A DNA stretch of 64,000 nucleotides from Vicugna vicugna. Taxonomy: Eukaryota. The stretch is taken from contig MU058636.1 in NCBI GenBank assembly GCA_013265495.1, positions 186,001-250,000 on the forward strand, read 5' to 3'. Below, one piece after another: positions 50,631 through 63,150 of this stretch. Each line of letters begins with the position of its first letter. Within the stretch, counting starts at the first letter, position 1. The position numbers and the translations under genes were made by a program. The notes below the pieces were generated by a model, which saw only the letters and a list, made by a program, of their open reading frames with translations, searched no databases and had not been told where the DNA came from.

Positions 50631-52972
50631 GCCAAGAATAATATGTTTTGTTTCAGGTTCTTATAAGGATAAATACTGACCTTCAGAAAGAGACAAAACT
50701 GTACCAGGCCCACTGGAGCTCGGGGCAAATGCGCTTCCGAGTCAGAGGGGACTGGGGGAAAACATGGGAAGTATTAAAAAATTAACATTCACCAAGGAAA
50801 TAGGCTGTCCTGCTTGATCTTCAGAATGGACTGTGGGCCTATAAGTTTGCTGACAGGGGTCCTGGAATTTTCCTATTGCACGACACCTAGTCACTTTACA
50901 GCGAGTAATGTGGGGGTGGGACAGGGCAAAGAGGTCCCCATCTCGTGAGATGCCTGTGCTTTTCCAGAATAAAAGACAGGCCAGCTGCCCACCGGCTGTG
51001 GCCCTCCAGGTCCTGCTCAGCACACATGCAAATGACTTTATGCAGAAGGTGCTTCCCGGGGTTTCTCCCTGTTACAGCCAGAGTCCCCTCCGGTTTCCCA
51101 CTATTGAATTCATTTTGTCTTCAAGATCTTGGCCAAATGCCCTCTCCTCCAGGAAGCATTTCCTCTTTCTTCTCGTCAGCATGGATTTAACTTTTCCTGA
51201 ATGTCCCAGAGCACCGTTGTCTGTTTCTAGGGAGACATTCTTTCAGTGTCCTGTATTTGTTTACATACCTGTCTCTCTGATTGGATTTTGGCTTATTTGA
51301 ACTCGAAGGCTGTGTCTTCTTCTCCCCTGTGTTCTCCAGGTCCTGCTCAGCGCATGGTACATAGTAGATCCTCAGGAAATATTTGCTGGAGGAATAAATT
51401 AGTCCCAAATAAAGCAGAAGTTCTGATACCCTGGCACAGTAGGTCGTGTTAGATCAGCACACGGCTTTCAACACCTCCAGCGAGCCGGGCGCCGCGTCAA
51501 GCCCTGCGGTCGGGTGGGAAGGCAGGGCCCGCCCCTGACCAGCTCTTGCCCCTTGACAGCTGACCGAGCCAACACCCTCCCAGGAATCCTACCTTGGGAC
51601 ACTCCCAAAACTGGCTTTGACTTCCTCCTGGGCCTGCAGCTTGCTTCCAGTTTGTCCTGAGCACTCCTTCCACCAGCCTCCTTTTTCTCGCTGTTCATAC
51701 CTTCGTTTATGTGACCCTAAGTGGTCCATCTGGTCGTTCTGTTCTGTTGTTGGCATCTTAGCTGCTTCCTAGGCACCCTGTCTTCCAGGAGCTCTGGGCT
51801 CCTATTTCCCCAGTTAGATCCTTCCCATATCCTTTCTCTAGAAAGCTGCTCACGAGGTCAGTGTTAGACAGAGACAATGGCTTATTTATAATGTCGTCAA
51901 ACTTATGTATTAAAAAAAAATCCTTGTGGGTTTCAAGGAGGCAGCTTTCTTTTGATGGGGCGAAGGTTTTCATGCCAGGCCGCAGTCAGCCAGAAGGGAT
52001 GTGGGAGGCGTGTTTGCACGTGGTTCATGGCTAATGGGGGGCAGGCAGGACTTGGGGGAATGGGAACCTGACGTCTGTGTCACAGCCCCCACTTACCAGC
52101 CCCGGGACTTTCGACAGGTCACCCAGCCTTCTCGTCCGTTATTTTCTTACAAGTAAAGCAAGGACGGTAGTCCCTGTCTACCTCGGAAAGTCGTCATCTG
52201 ACTTGTCAGTCGAAATGTTTCCCCAGTGTTAGGAGACTGAGGACCCGGGTGTGACAGACTCGTGGCATCCGCGCACTGGCAGGGCCGGGGCGTGCTCTGC
52301 AGTCATGGCGCTGGCTGATGCTCAGGGCGTGCTGTTAACACCGTGTGATCCCATTCTATGCAAGAAAAGTGTGTGTGCGTCTGTCTGTCGGGGGTGTGTG
52401 TGTGTGTGTGTCCACTTGTATGAGAAAGGGCAGGTCCCGGGAGTGCAGTGTAGGTGGAGTTGAGATCGTTCGTTTCTTTAAATGGTGGGTTTCTGGGCAG
52501 CTTTTACCTTCTCTTTCACAGCATTTAAAACAAATTCGTAAAAAGAACCATAAACCTTCCTGACACAACTCTTCCCCTCCCTGTGCCGTATGACTGAAAT
52601 GCAGCGTTTGTCTGCCCGGAATTCTCTCTTCTTACATGAGACCAAGGTGAGCGTACGGATTTCTTTTTGGCTGAACTGGCAGGGGATGGTGGGGACGGTC
52701 GGCCTTAAGGTATGGGCTGCTGTTTTGTAAACTGAAGAGTCACTTGCGTGGTCTTGGGGCGGGGTCAGGGCGCGCGGCTCAGACAGAGGCCACCTCAGGG
52801 CAGGTATGGCCCGGCCACCAAGCTACTTGAAACATTCGAAGGACGGAGTCCAGCCAGGGGTCCTTCAGGGCGGTCTTGCCAGGGATTTATTTAACGATGG
52901 GCAGCAGTTTTCCTGACCACTCCTGCAGGCCAGTTAGGACGCACAGAGCAGTATTCAAAAGTAAGCAGTTGT

Positions 52973-53132
52973 GGGGGGAGGGGATGCTCAAGTGGCAGAG
53001 CGCATGCTTAGCAGGCACGAGGCCCTGGGTTCAAGTCCCAGTACCTCCTCTAAAAATAAATAAACATAATTACCTCCCCTGCTACCAAAATAAAGTAAGT
53101 AATACAACGATAAGTAAATAAAATATTTTTTT
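52973..53132 (+). mobile_element. Vic-1-type camelid tRNA-derived SINE
   Basis: ggggagggatgctcaagtggcagagcgcatgcttagcaggcacgaggccctgggttcaagtcccagtacctcctctaaaaataaataaacataattacctccccc. Degenerate TSD aaaagtaagcagttgt / aaaagtgagagttgt. Confidence 0.92.
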
Positions 53133-53794
53133 AAAAGTGAGAGTTGTTTGCTATACAAAGCCTGTAGCTTAAGTCATAGTATTCGGGGACTGGGGTGGTT
53201 AAAGGGATTGATCTTGTAATAATGACTTGAGCTCCTCTGGAGACCTGATTTGATAGTTTGGAGATCCGTCTGTCTTCCACAGCCACAGGCTGTGCTCGGC
53301 GCATTAGATGCCGAAGTGACCCACTCCAGGAAGGCAGAAATGAAACTGTCCACCGAGCTGCGGGCCGGTGGCTCATGGGGGGCTCAGGAGAGGGGTCTTC
53401 AGACCTCAGCAGAAGGCAGAGATAATTCCTCAGGATGCAGGGCATCTGGTCGTGCTGGCAAGAAGGAGGCACAGGTCCAGGGAACGGGGAATCACAGATG
53501 CACCAGGAAGCAGCGAAGTCGGCCGGCGCTCCCCTGGCCGCTCGTGGGCCCTCCGGGGTCCTGGCAGGACACGCAGCGGGGTGTCCCCCTGTACCGAACG
53601 GACCAGTCGTTAGTGCCGTAAAGCAAAACAAAACCCTAACTCTGCCCGATTTTACGTGAAGTCCTCTCACACATCAGGCCGTTGTGGGGGGGTCTTTCCT
53701 ACTTGCAGGCAGGCTTTTCAAAGGATTTACAACCTGGCTTGGTAACGTGGTCATCTAAGGTAACTAAGTGAGTCGGGTTGCCATTTCTGATTCT

Positions 53795-53975
53795 CTTTTT
53801 ATTTTTATTTTTATTTTGCTGAAGTACAGCTGATTTACAGCGTTGTGTTAGTTTCAGGTGTGCAGCACAGTGATTCAGTTGTACATGTGAGTGTCTCATA
53901 TTCTTTTTCATAATAGGCTCGAACAAGGTCCTGAGCACAGTCCCCTGTGCTGTGCAGCAGGACCTGGTTGGCTGT
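53795..53975 (-). mobile_element. Artiodactyl-type L1 3' end
   Basis: T-rich tail + gctgaagtacagctgatttacagcgttgtgttagtttcaggtgtgcagcacagtgattcag...ccctgtgctgtgcagcaggacc. Confidence 0.88.
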
Positions 53976-56764
53976 CTCAGGCCAGCCCACCGTTCTCCCT
54001 GATTCTTATTTAAGCTAAAATGTAGTGTGTCGTTCAACCTATTTTTTTTAAAACAAGAAAATGAAGGCCAGAAATGTTCCATGACCAGAGAGAGTCTGGC
54101 AGGGACCCCGGGAAAGGGCTTCCCACGGGGGAGGTTGGCCCTCCCCTCCAGCACTGACCCAGGACCTGGCCATCACTTTGGAATAAGGCTTTTCAGTTCC
54201 TAGAAGCCTGCACCCTTTTTCTCTCTCAATAACTGTCTTCATCTGTACTTCTTTGATTACTAACGAGGTTTGTCATTTTCCCGCAGGGGGACTGACAGTC
54301 TGTAAAAGTGTGGCCCTGTTCTTGCCTTAGTGACCGCAGGGATGAGGGGAGCTGGGCGCGGTCAGTGTTTGCCCTGTGGGATGATGGTGACCAGAGAGCA
54401 GGACCCGTTGGACAGGAGGAGCCTGGCTGGTCCCTGAGCCTGACTTTCACTTTCAACCCGAGATACAGAGGCCCGAAGACACCACATGGCTCGTCAGAGA
54501 CCAGAGCTGTGACGTGGACCCGAGACTGTTGACTCTGACCGTCTTCTTGGAGGGCTGTATTTCTGAGCAGAAGGATCAGTTGTTCTGGACTAGAGAAGTA
54601 AAGATACTAAGTTTTAGGAGACAAAGCTGGCTGCTCTTTACCCCAGGATGTAATCTGAAATGTCTGCGTTTTAACTTACGCATGTCCCTTTGCCATAAAT
54701 GAGTGCTTCCATCTGACTAACTCAGGCTTCCGACATATTAGTGGCCCTGGTCGGATATAAATTCCATGCTGCAAGGTCTCAGCGATGTTGCATTTCATCG
54801 CCTGACTTGTGGTCACTTACTTGAGATACAGTTTGTTCTCGGCGAATTGCCCTCGGTTCCTTTTTATTTATCCCCTCCTTTTGTGTCCTCACCGCTACCC
54901 GGCTGTTATTTCAAATCTTCATTTGTTCTTTCATCAGTTTCCTGGTGGCCCAGGGCATGTCAAGCAGGTACTGTGTGAATAATTAACCAGGAGAGCATAT
55001 ATGTTGGAAATTTTTAGGAGAGAGGCAAAAGAATGTGGCACTTCTGTAGATCAAGGAGATGACAGACATGGGTGGTTTCTGGGAAAACAGATGCTCCAGG
55101 CAACACATTCCTGCTGAAATATTAACGTGTCTTTTCAGTCCTATTTAGAATTTAGACTAAAGCTCATCATGGGCGAAGGTCCTGGGGACCTCCCTGGCCC
55201 TCCTGCCAGCCTCCTGCTCTTGGCGGGCACACCAGGCACCCGGCTTTGCACTTAACCTCCTTCATCGGGGATGCTCTGCCGTCCCGGGGCTGGTTCGCAT
55301 TTTCCGAATCTGAACTCCCGGCTCACTCCCTATTCCCCGAGCCCGTCTTTCTTCACTGAACATTTCATATAGGCATTCGTTATCTGCCCTCCGACCACAG
55401 GGTAGGCTCAACGAGACAGACTTTGGGTTTTGTTCAGTTTCTACTATAGAAAATCAGTATTTGTGAATGAATAATTGGGATTATTCTGAGATCGTATTGC
55501 AGCAGTTAAAATTCCTATTAAAGCCAAGAGCTTTGCCGCACGTTAGGACTGAAAGGGCGCTGGCCACGTGCAGATGGTAAAATGCTAGGGTTCCCCTCAC
55601 TGTCCCTCGTTGGCTTTGTCGGTGCTGCTGGCCTCCCCCACTCCCACGCATCGTACAGAAGCTGATCTGGAGATTTCACGGGAAGGTTTCTTGGAAGACT
55701 CCAGGGCCAGTCCCTGCCCCGGAGCTGGAAGGCGAGAGCCCTGGGTGCTTTCTCCGGTGACCTCGCCCCCGGTGACAGCCAGTGAGGCAGGGCGTGCGGC
55801 TTGAGGGCAGCTCTTCTGTGTAAGTGCTCATCTCCCCTGCGGAAATCTTGGGGTGTGTGTACCACCCCCAGCCCTCTCCAAATGGGCGGGTCCTAGACCC
55901 CCAGGGTCCGTCACTTTCTGTATTTGGTGTTGCATCACGGGACGTGAATGGCCCTTAATTCTTCCAGAATGACTGGCTTCCTCAGTATCGATGTCGGATC
56001 TCTGAGTGGTTTCTTGTCACTTTACGGCTTTCTTTTATTCGTGGGAGCTGCTTTTGGCAACCCTCTTCTCTGCAGGTGGAAAGTGTCCAGGTGCGCACAA
56101 GTTAAAGACTTTGGGGGAGCTGCGCCCCGGCCCTGTTTTGCACTTGTGACTCATGTTTCTTGTTGCGGTGGGAGGTCTGGGGCCCCTCGCCTGCTCAGGA
56201 CTGCCCTGGGGCTTAGACCCTGGGCCACCGGGCGTTGGGGGCCGTTTCAGAACCTGGATTCCAGACTCAGTGCTGCTCTTTAGCCATAGATTTCATCATG
56301 AAGTGAAAGCATTTCTTTTCTTTCCACTTGTCTGAAGAGCTGGGATTTGTCCTTGGTTTTCTGTAAATTCACGGCCCTTTCTGGAGGCAGGTGTGATATC
56401 GTCCCCCCACCTCCAAGTGGGGTCCTGCCTGAACTGACCCTCTTCCAGCCAGTGAATTCACAGTGGTTCTTTTCACATGGCTCCAAGTTACACACCCGAA
56501 CTGTCACGGTCTGGGGAGTCCTGACCCTCTCTTAGGAGAGCTTAAGCTTTAAATGATGAATTTAAGGTTCAGGATGTAGCTGGGTAGGTACCACCAGCGC
56601 TGTACAAACGCCTCTTATCTTTAAATTACGTCCAGGGTATGCCTCCCTGGGCTTGTTCTCTTTAACCTGTGCCTTCCCTTGATTTCCAAAACCTTGATTC
56701 AAGTTCCAGGCCTGAATCTGATCTACCCAGGATTTTGTCTGTCGTGTAATGTCTGAGACACCTC

Positions 56765-56850
56765 TAGATGGATGGAGACCTCACATTCTATAAGAAATGG
56801 TGCTACCAGTTGGCTCAACATTGTAGACTGACCATACTTAATAAAAAAAT
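56765..56850 (+). mobile_element. Very short L1 3' end
   Basis: caacattgtagactgaccatacttaataaaaaaaa tail. Confidence 0.55.
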
Positions 56851-57988
56851 GCAGAAAAGGGAAGAAGGAAGGGTGCTACTGGTGACCTCCTTGTTGTGGA
56901 AAGCACACGTCAAACTTAGCATCACGTGCAATGTTCCCTTGATGGTCTGGCGTCGCGGCGATGCCCAGACGCTTCCTGGGCGGCGCATGTTGTTTTCAGG
57001 GTCCCTCCAGAGCCCTGCTCCTCACTGTACGTGGGCCGCAGTGACCATTCTTTTTACATTTGTTAACGTGTTTCTGTAACTTATGGTCTCTCTGCTTCTC
57101 CTTCTAAAAGAGGAGTCAACTCTATGGCCACCTAAAAATCACAAAAGCGATTCTCACTTGTCACCTGCACAAAACTGGAGGTCCACAGCAGGGCAGAGAA
57201 CACAAAAATGGCTTTGTCTGTTTCTCCTCGTTGGTTTCCCTTCGTGTACGTGTGGCTGGATGTGTAAATGTATGGGAGTAAGCCCTCTAGTGGAATGGAG
57301 TCCTTCATCATCGCGAGAGGGCCCTTTCACGCCGGCCTGTCCTTGCGGTGGGACCTGCGCTGCCCGGCGCTGTCGCCGCTCCAGCTCGCTTCCTGTGATG
57401 TGCGTGCTGTCGGTTCCCACTTCACCTGTCTGTGCTTTGTATGTAAGGTGGGCTTCTTGGAGAGTAGCTGTAGTTAGATTTTGCTTTTTAATTCAACCTG
57501 ACGTTTGAATAAATCGGCGTGTGTGGGCTGCTGACAGGGAACACAGCTGCCAGTGTGGTTGGGTTTAAACGGATCGTCTCGCGGCTTGTTTTCCGCTTGT
57601 CCAGCCCCTTCTTGGTTCCTTACGGTCCTTCTTTACAGCCTTTTAAAAAAGTGCTGACTGTGTATTTTGGGTATTCTGTTTTATCTCCGCTCTGGCTTAG
57701 TAACTGTAGCTCCTTGTTTACCGTTTTCAGTGCTTGTTCCAGGGCTTCCCTAGATCATCTTGTCACTTGTCACTTCCTACCATCAAACAACAACACAACA
57801 TTTTATCCCTAATGTATGAACCTTAATACGGTGTCTTTCAGTCACTCTCCTCCGTCCTTTGCAGTTTCCACTTTAGTCCTAAGTGTAATTCCCACAACAC
57901 ACTATTATATTATCTATTGAACAATTTTTTAAAAATTTCTAAGGAAAAGGTCTCTTTTACCTATATATTTTCAATTTTAGGCATCCTT

Positions 57989-58105
57989 TGTGTGTGTGTG
58001 TGGATGTATGTAAATGTGTGTTATGTGTGTATGTATGTGTGTGCACATATGTGTGTATGAGTGTGGGTGTGTGTATATGTATGTGTGTACGTGTGTGTAT
58101 GTGTA
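57989..58105. repeat. Degenerate (TG/TA)n simple repeat
   Basis: Interrupted alternating purine-pyrimidine run seen directly. Confidence 0.9.
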
Positions 58106-59624
58106 TTTAAATTGTCAGTTTGTGAGGTAAGATAATCTCATTTGACGTTTTCTTGGTTATTTCTGGGTGCTTTCTTGTCTTCTGACTTAGCTGAGACTTT
58201 CCAGGATTTCTGCGGCATGGCCCGAGGGAGCCCGTTGCTTGGATACCATCTAGCTCGGGTTGCTGTTACAGCCGGGGAGAGTCGCCCCGTACCCAAAACA
58301 CGGGCATCGTGCTGGGTTCAGTTTTCAGAATCTCAATGTTCGGCTTAAAAGGAGAAGAGAAGAGGAAGAGAGGCTTTTCTGTAAGCGAATATACATTCAT
58401 GAACTTGAAGAAGTCCACAGATTTCGGTTGGAGAACTTAGTGGAAGTTCACAACCTAGCTCAAATGTTACTCACCCAAGAGAGGCTGTGACACGGGGGAT
58501 GGAGAAGCAGGTGAGGCTGGCATCTTCCACCATCAAGGGCCAAAAGCACAGTAAGAGGATGTCACATTCTTTAGGTCCCATACAGCATCATCTTGATTTT
58601 TTTTCCCCTAAAATAATTCAGTTCTATTTAGGGGCTTTTCCTCTGCTTGTAAACCTATGACTGGTTCTTATGTCTACTTGGCTGTCATATTTTTGTGTAA
58701 ATCAAATATCAATATAGTCTGCTGGAAAAGGGTGCTATTAAAGATTGATATCCTATTTAAGTTTGTATGAAGTGTGTAGAAGTAATTTACTTGCTATAAA
58801 AGCATTTATAGGCACAGATGTCTTTAAGATACACTACTGTGTCTTGTCCTAGACATTTCATATTTGTAGGAAGATTGCAAATATTTAAAACAGGAAATAC
58901 CTCCTTTAGCTTGATCACTAGATACTAAATTAAGAATTTAAGGTGATGTTTAAACATGCAGTTTTGATCCATTAACTGTTGATTTACCAAAACATAATAG
59001 GAAACTTTTGAATTAAAAATGACTTTGAGCAAAGCATCAGGGCTCCTATTATACAAACTTTCCTTAATGACAGAATGGTAATTGTGAATGTAAGTGGCTT
59101 GTGCTTACTCAGGGCTGTCTTTGTGGCCAATAAAACCTTTAATAAAAAACTATGTGTGTGTAAAATCGCAGCACCTTTGTGAGCCTGCACCTCTCAGGAG
59201 GGCATATCGGTGTGAGGGTCAGGGAGACTAGGGGGTTTGTTCTTAGGTTCGGAGGTGGGATTATGGCTTTGGATTAGACAGACTTGAGCTCCCAGGAACA
59301 TCTGTCGCAGTAGCTGTGAGGAGATCACCGCGCTGACGGCGTCGGCATCAGGTGTGGTGGCGGGCCTGAGAGTCCAGCAGCTTTGTATTTATTTAAGGCT
59401 GAATTTTTAACCAAGGGAGTGGCCTCTGGACAGATGTGTTTCCCATAGCAACGGGCACGGAGGGAGCCCTGAAGCAGGACGTGCGCCACCCCGAGTGAGG
59501 CTCTGCCGGTGACGGCTGTGCATTTCACATGGTCACACCTTACGTTCCCCTCAAGGAATTCTTTTTTGGGGCAATTGGCCATATTACTTTTTATCTTCCT
59601 ATAAAATGTGATTAAGTTTAGATC

Positions 59625-60099
59625 CATTAACTGACCAGGGTTCTAGGACTCCTTAATCAATAGAAATTGATAAGACGCCAGACAAGAAATCCAGACAAGG
59701 CTTTATTGGGACTCGTGCTGCAGCAGGAGGGAGTGAGAACAAGTAACAGGTGCTCTTGGTTGCTCCCTGAGTTGGGGCGGGCTGGGCCCTTATGCGGGGT
59801 GAAGGTGGGCAGGTCTGGGGTCAGGCTGGAGGGGTGGCTTAGGGTCTGCCCGCCCCCTTGGTGGTGCTGTGTGCAGGGATCATGAGCAGTACCTGCTTTT
59901 GCTCCCAGCACCTCAGGAGTGGCAGTTGGGTTTTTGGTCTCTTTGTATCTTGTTCATAATTTGCCCCAGCTGCGCATACCTGCAGTTATTTTTAGTTCCT
60001 TATAGTTTCTTTGCATCCTGTTGCTCAGGATGTCTCTCCAAGGGCAAGCCTTGCAGCAATCAGCCCCAGGTCCCAGGTCTCAGGTCCCAGCCTGTCTCA
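59625..60099 (-). mobile_element. ERV1 solo LTR with 4-bp TSD GATC
   Basis: GATC at 59621-59624 and 60100-60103. Minus-strand start TGagacaggctgggacctgagacctgggacc. AATAAA on the minus strand (tttatt at 59702-59708 region). Confidence 0.85.
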
Positions 60100-61749
60100 G
60101 ATCATTGGCTTTTAAACTTTTTCTTAATATCACTTTTTTGAAACTGATTTAAAGTTATTCTTAGAAGATGATAATAAAATTCAAAACAGAACATATGTCT
60201 TTCATTTTGAAAGTTGCTTAGGCCAACTAAGATGCCCCATGCACTAAGCATAGAAAGGAAACCTGCATCACTGTTGGCAGGTGTGACACCCCAGTATGTT
60301 TGCTGGGGAAATGTACTGGGCCCTTCTGGGTCTGCTGTCTCCTGTCTGTGGCTCCACTTGGGGCTGGAACCAGTTTCCTGGTGACAGCGGCTGGCTTTAT
60401 ACTGGGGCAGAATGTGTGTATCTGTACAGACCATGAACTGATGGGAGACCTGGACGAAGCCTACAGACTGCAGGTGTGTGTGGGAGGTGCCTCGCCCCTC
60501 TTTCCCTGCAGGTGGGCCTGAAAGGGGCTGCTTCAGTGGAGGTTTGAAGGACTGGCAAGGATTATCCAAGTGAAGAAAGATGTAGGAGCTGCCTGTGTTG
60601 AACCGCAGAGAAAAAGAACTTACTTCCTTCAGGCCGAGAGTGGTCCAGGAGGTCTAGGCTCTGAGTGATGGGCAGAGCAGTAAGAGATGAGGCTGAACAG
60701 AGAGATGCTTGAATCTGAGCAGCATCTTCTATACCCTGGGTAGCTAATGATTTTTTAAATAAAGCATCTCTGCTCATAAGAGTCGCGATAACATGCGTCA
60801 GACCGTGCATTTGAAAAGCACTTGTACTTTATTGGACTTTTTCTAAAGAAATGTGTCTTAACAAAATAAGTTCTCGTCTCCCACTCAGCCCACCTGCTTT
60901 GGTGTTTGAAGCTAATATGGGTGACTTCCATGTGTGTATGGGTTCAAACCAAGAGCTGGATGATTTATTCATGGGATGTGTATTTCCGGTGCATTTGGAG
61001 AGCTTTACTGTTGGTTATCTTCCTGTTTCCTGAGCTGCACAGACCGTCTGGAAGGTGTCCCTCTAGGGTAAATAGTGTGGTTTTTGTATTTCTGGTGCAC
61101 TTGGCTTTGCTGCTTGGCTCTCTGTTTGCGACTGTGATGTGTGGTTGACTTGCTTTGCCCTCGGTGTGTCTAGCAATGCACGACACAGCAGCCGTTCAAG
61201 CAGCGCTGTCATTATTCAGATAAGAGTAGAAACTTCTTTCCGTGCCCAGGAAAATGCAGGTGGAACTAGTGAGACCACAGACACTGAGATGGAGTCAGGA
61301 GTAAGAGGCTTTTGAGGGGGCAGTGCCTCTGAGACATGAAGGCGGGGATGGGGTGGGATTGGGCCAGGAAAGCCCTCATGCAGGTCGCCCGCTTGTGACC
61401 AAACAGGGGGAAGCAGAGCTGGACCAGGGGAGCCTCTAGACCTGGAGTTGGCAGATCACAGCCCGTGGGCCAGTCACCATCGTAACAGCGGCTTTGGTCT
61501 TAGGAACACCGTGTTTACTGCTGTCCTCTGGAGGGGCTGGCGTTTTCATCTTATAAGTAAATCCATTTTGTCTGGGTTTGTGTGGAGTTGAGTTTTGGGG
61601 GGGGTCCCTAAGTTCTGGAAGGCTGTTGTCTCTTGATCAGTACTCCCTCCCTGTCCCCATCTCCTGCTCCGTGTAGAACAGAGTCTGACTGTCAGCAGAG
61701 AAAAAGGCGATCAGAAGGAGCTCATCCCAGGCTCTGGCTGTGGCGCACT

Positions 61750-63150
61750 TTGCTGCTCGAGCGTCGGCAAAGGGCTTGCGGGGGGATCGCGCGGCAGAGC
61801 TCGGCCGCGGTCCGGGGCGGCTTGCGTCAGACGTCACTGAGCTCGGGCCGTTCTAGCCGGTGTCTGAAGCACGCGGTCCCTTCGTAAGTGGTGCCTTTGG
61901 TAGAAAGGTGAGCTCTTCCCCAAGAGTAGGATGTAATGTTTATTGTTTGGGCCTCAAATTCCCTCATCTTCACAGAGTTATTGGTCCTAAGGATTTCAAA
62001 CTATGCAGTCACTGTATTTGGTTGTACAACCTTTCCAACTTCATTTCTTGTTCATCGATGTGAAAACTCTTTCACTCCGGGGGCTAATCACCGAAATGAA
62101 GAATTTCACAGGTAAAGGAAGAGCCTCCGAACACGCCGGGCCCTCTCCCCGCCGCCAGCCAGCTGCCAGGCGCCGCACGTCGCCCCGGCTCTGCTGTTCC
62201 CGTGGCCGCTGCCCCCGGTGCGCCGGGCGGCCTGTCCCCGCTGCGTGTCCCTCACCTGCCACCTGATTTTGTGCGTGCTTTCACCACCGGACCGTTCTGC
62301 CTCTTCCGCCTGGTCGGTCACGGCCGTCTGTCCACCCTCCGCTCTTGGCCCTTGTCTTCAGCGGCAGTGTTGAGGGAGGCGAGCGAGGAGCGTCTGTCTT
62401 TCCTGTGTGTCTGTCTGGGTGTGGAGGGGAGTGGACACAGCCCTGAGCGGGAGGGCGTGCCGGGGAGGCCACGTGATCGCTGGCCGCGTGGCGTGTCTGC
62501 CCGCGGCTTCAGCCTGCTGTGCCGGGGGTGTCCTTCCGCGCCTCCACCCCTCGATGGCGCTGCGTTGCTGGCTCTGCGGGGAGAGGCGCCTCAGCCGGCC
62601 GGCCCGGCCCCCCGCCCCGCGCCTGTCCGCCCCAGCCGGGCGCGCTAGCCGCGCTCCGAGACTCCGGGCACCCTCGGTCCTCGCTGTCTCTTGTCGTCCC
62701 CCCACCTCCCAGGTGCTGAGAATGGTGAGATCAATCACGTGCTCTCCACGTTTCCCGGAGGACACCTGTACAATCAGAATGACACGTGAGCAGGGCGATT
62801 ACAACTGCAGCACAGGGAGCGCAGAGCCGGGGCAGCTGCGTGCGGTCGTGTGGGTCGTGTGAGGCTGAGGAAGATGCCGCCCGGAGTCACTGCCTGCCTG
62901 GCTGTCCCCGGGCCCTTGCACGCAGAGGGGCATCTCGCCCAGTGTGGGACGTGCGATGAGGGAGGACTTCGCAAAGGAGGGACCTAAGCTGGTCTTAAGG
63001 GGTGAGTCCCCGGCGGGCAGAGCCCGCGCCCGGAGGAAGGACGCCGTGCCGGAAGGGGGCGCTGGTGCCCCGCGCTGCGCCCGCTGCTCGCCCGCCGCTT
63101 CCCCGCCGGAGCGCAGGCTCTCTGAAGGCCGGAGGGCTTTGATTTGGGAA
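61750..63150. promoter_or_regulatory. Intronic CpG island (putative ATP8A2 intron 1)
   Basis: Dense CpG, GC boxes, three CACGTG E-boxes (~62470, ~62736, ~62783), a CRE-like gacgtca (~61829) and a CTCF-like tgccggaagggggcgctg (63047-63064). No ATP8A2 exon-2 sequence recognised. Confidence 0.7.

Noticed and set aside
52973..53050. tRNA gene (also 50555-50630 on the - strand)
   Set aside because: These are tRNA-derived SINE heads with the Vic-1 tail and TSDs, not tRNA genes.
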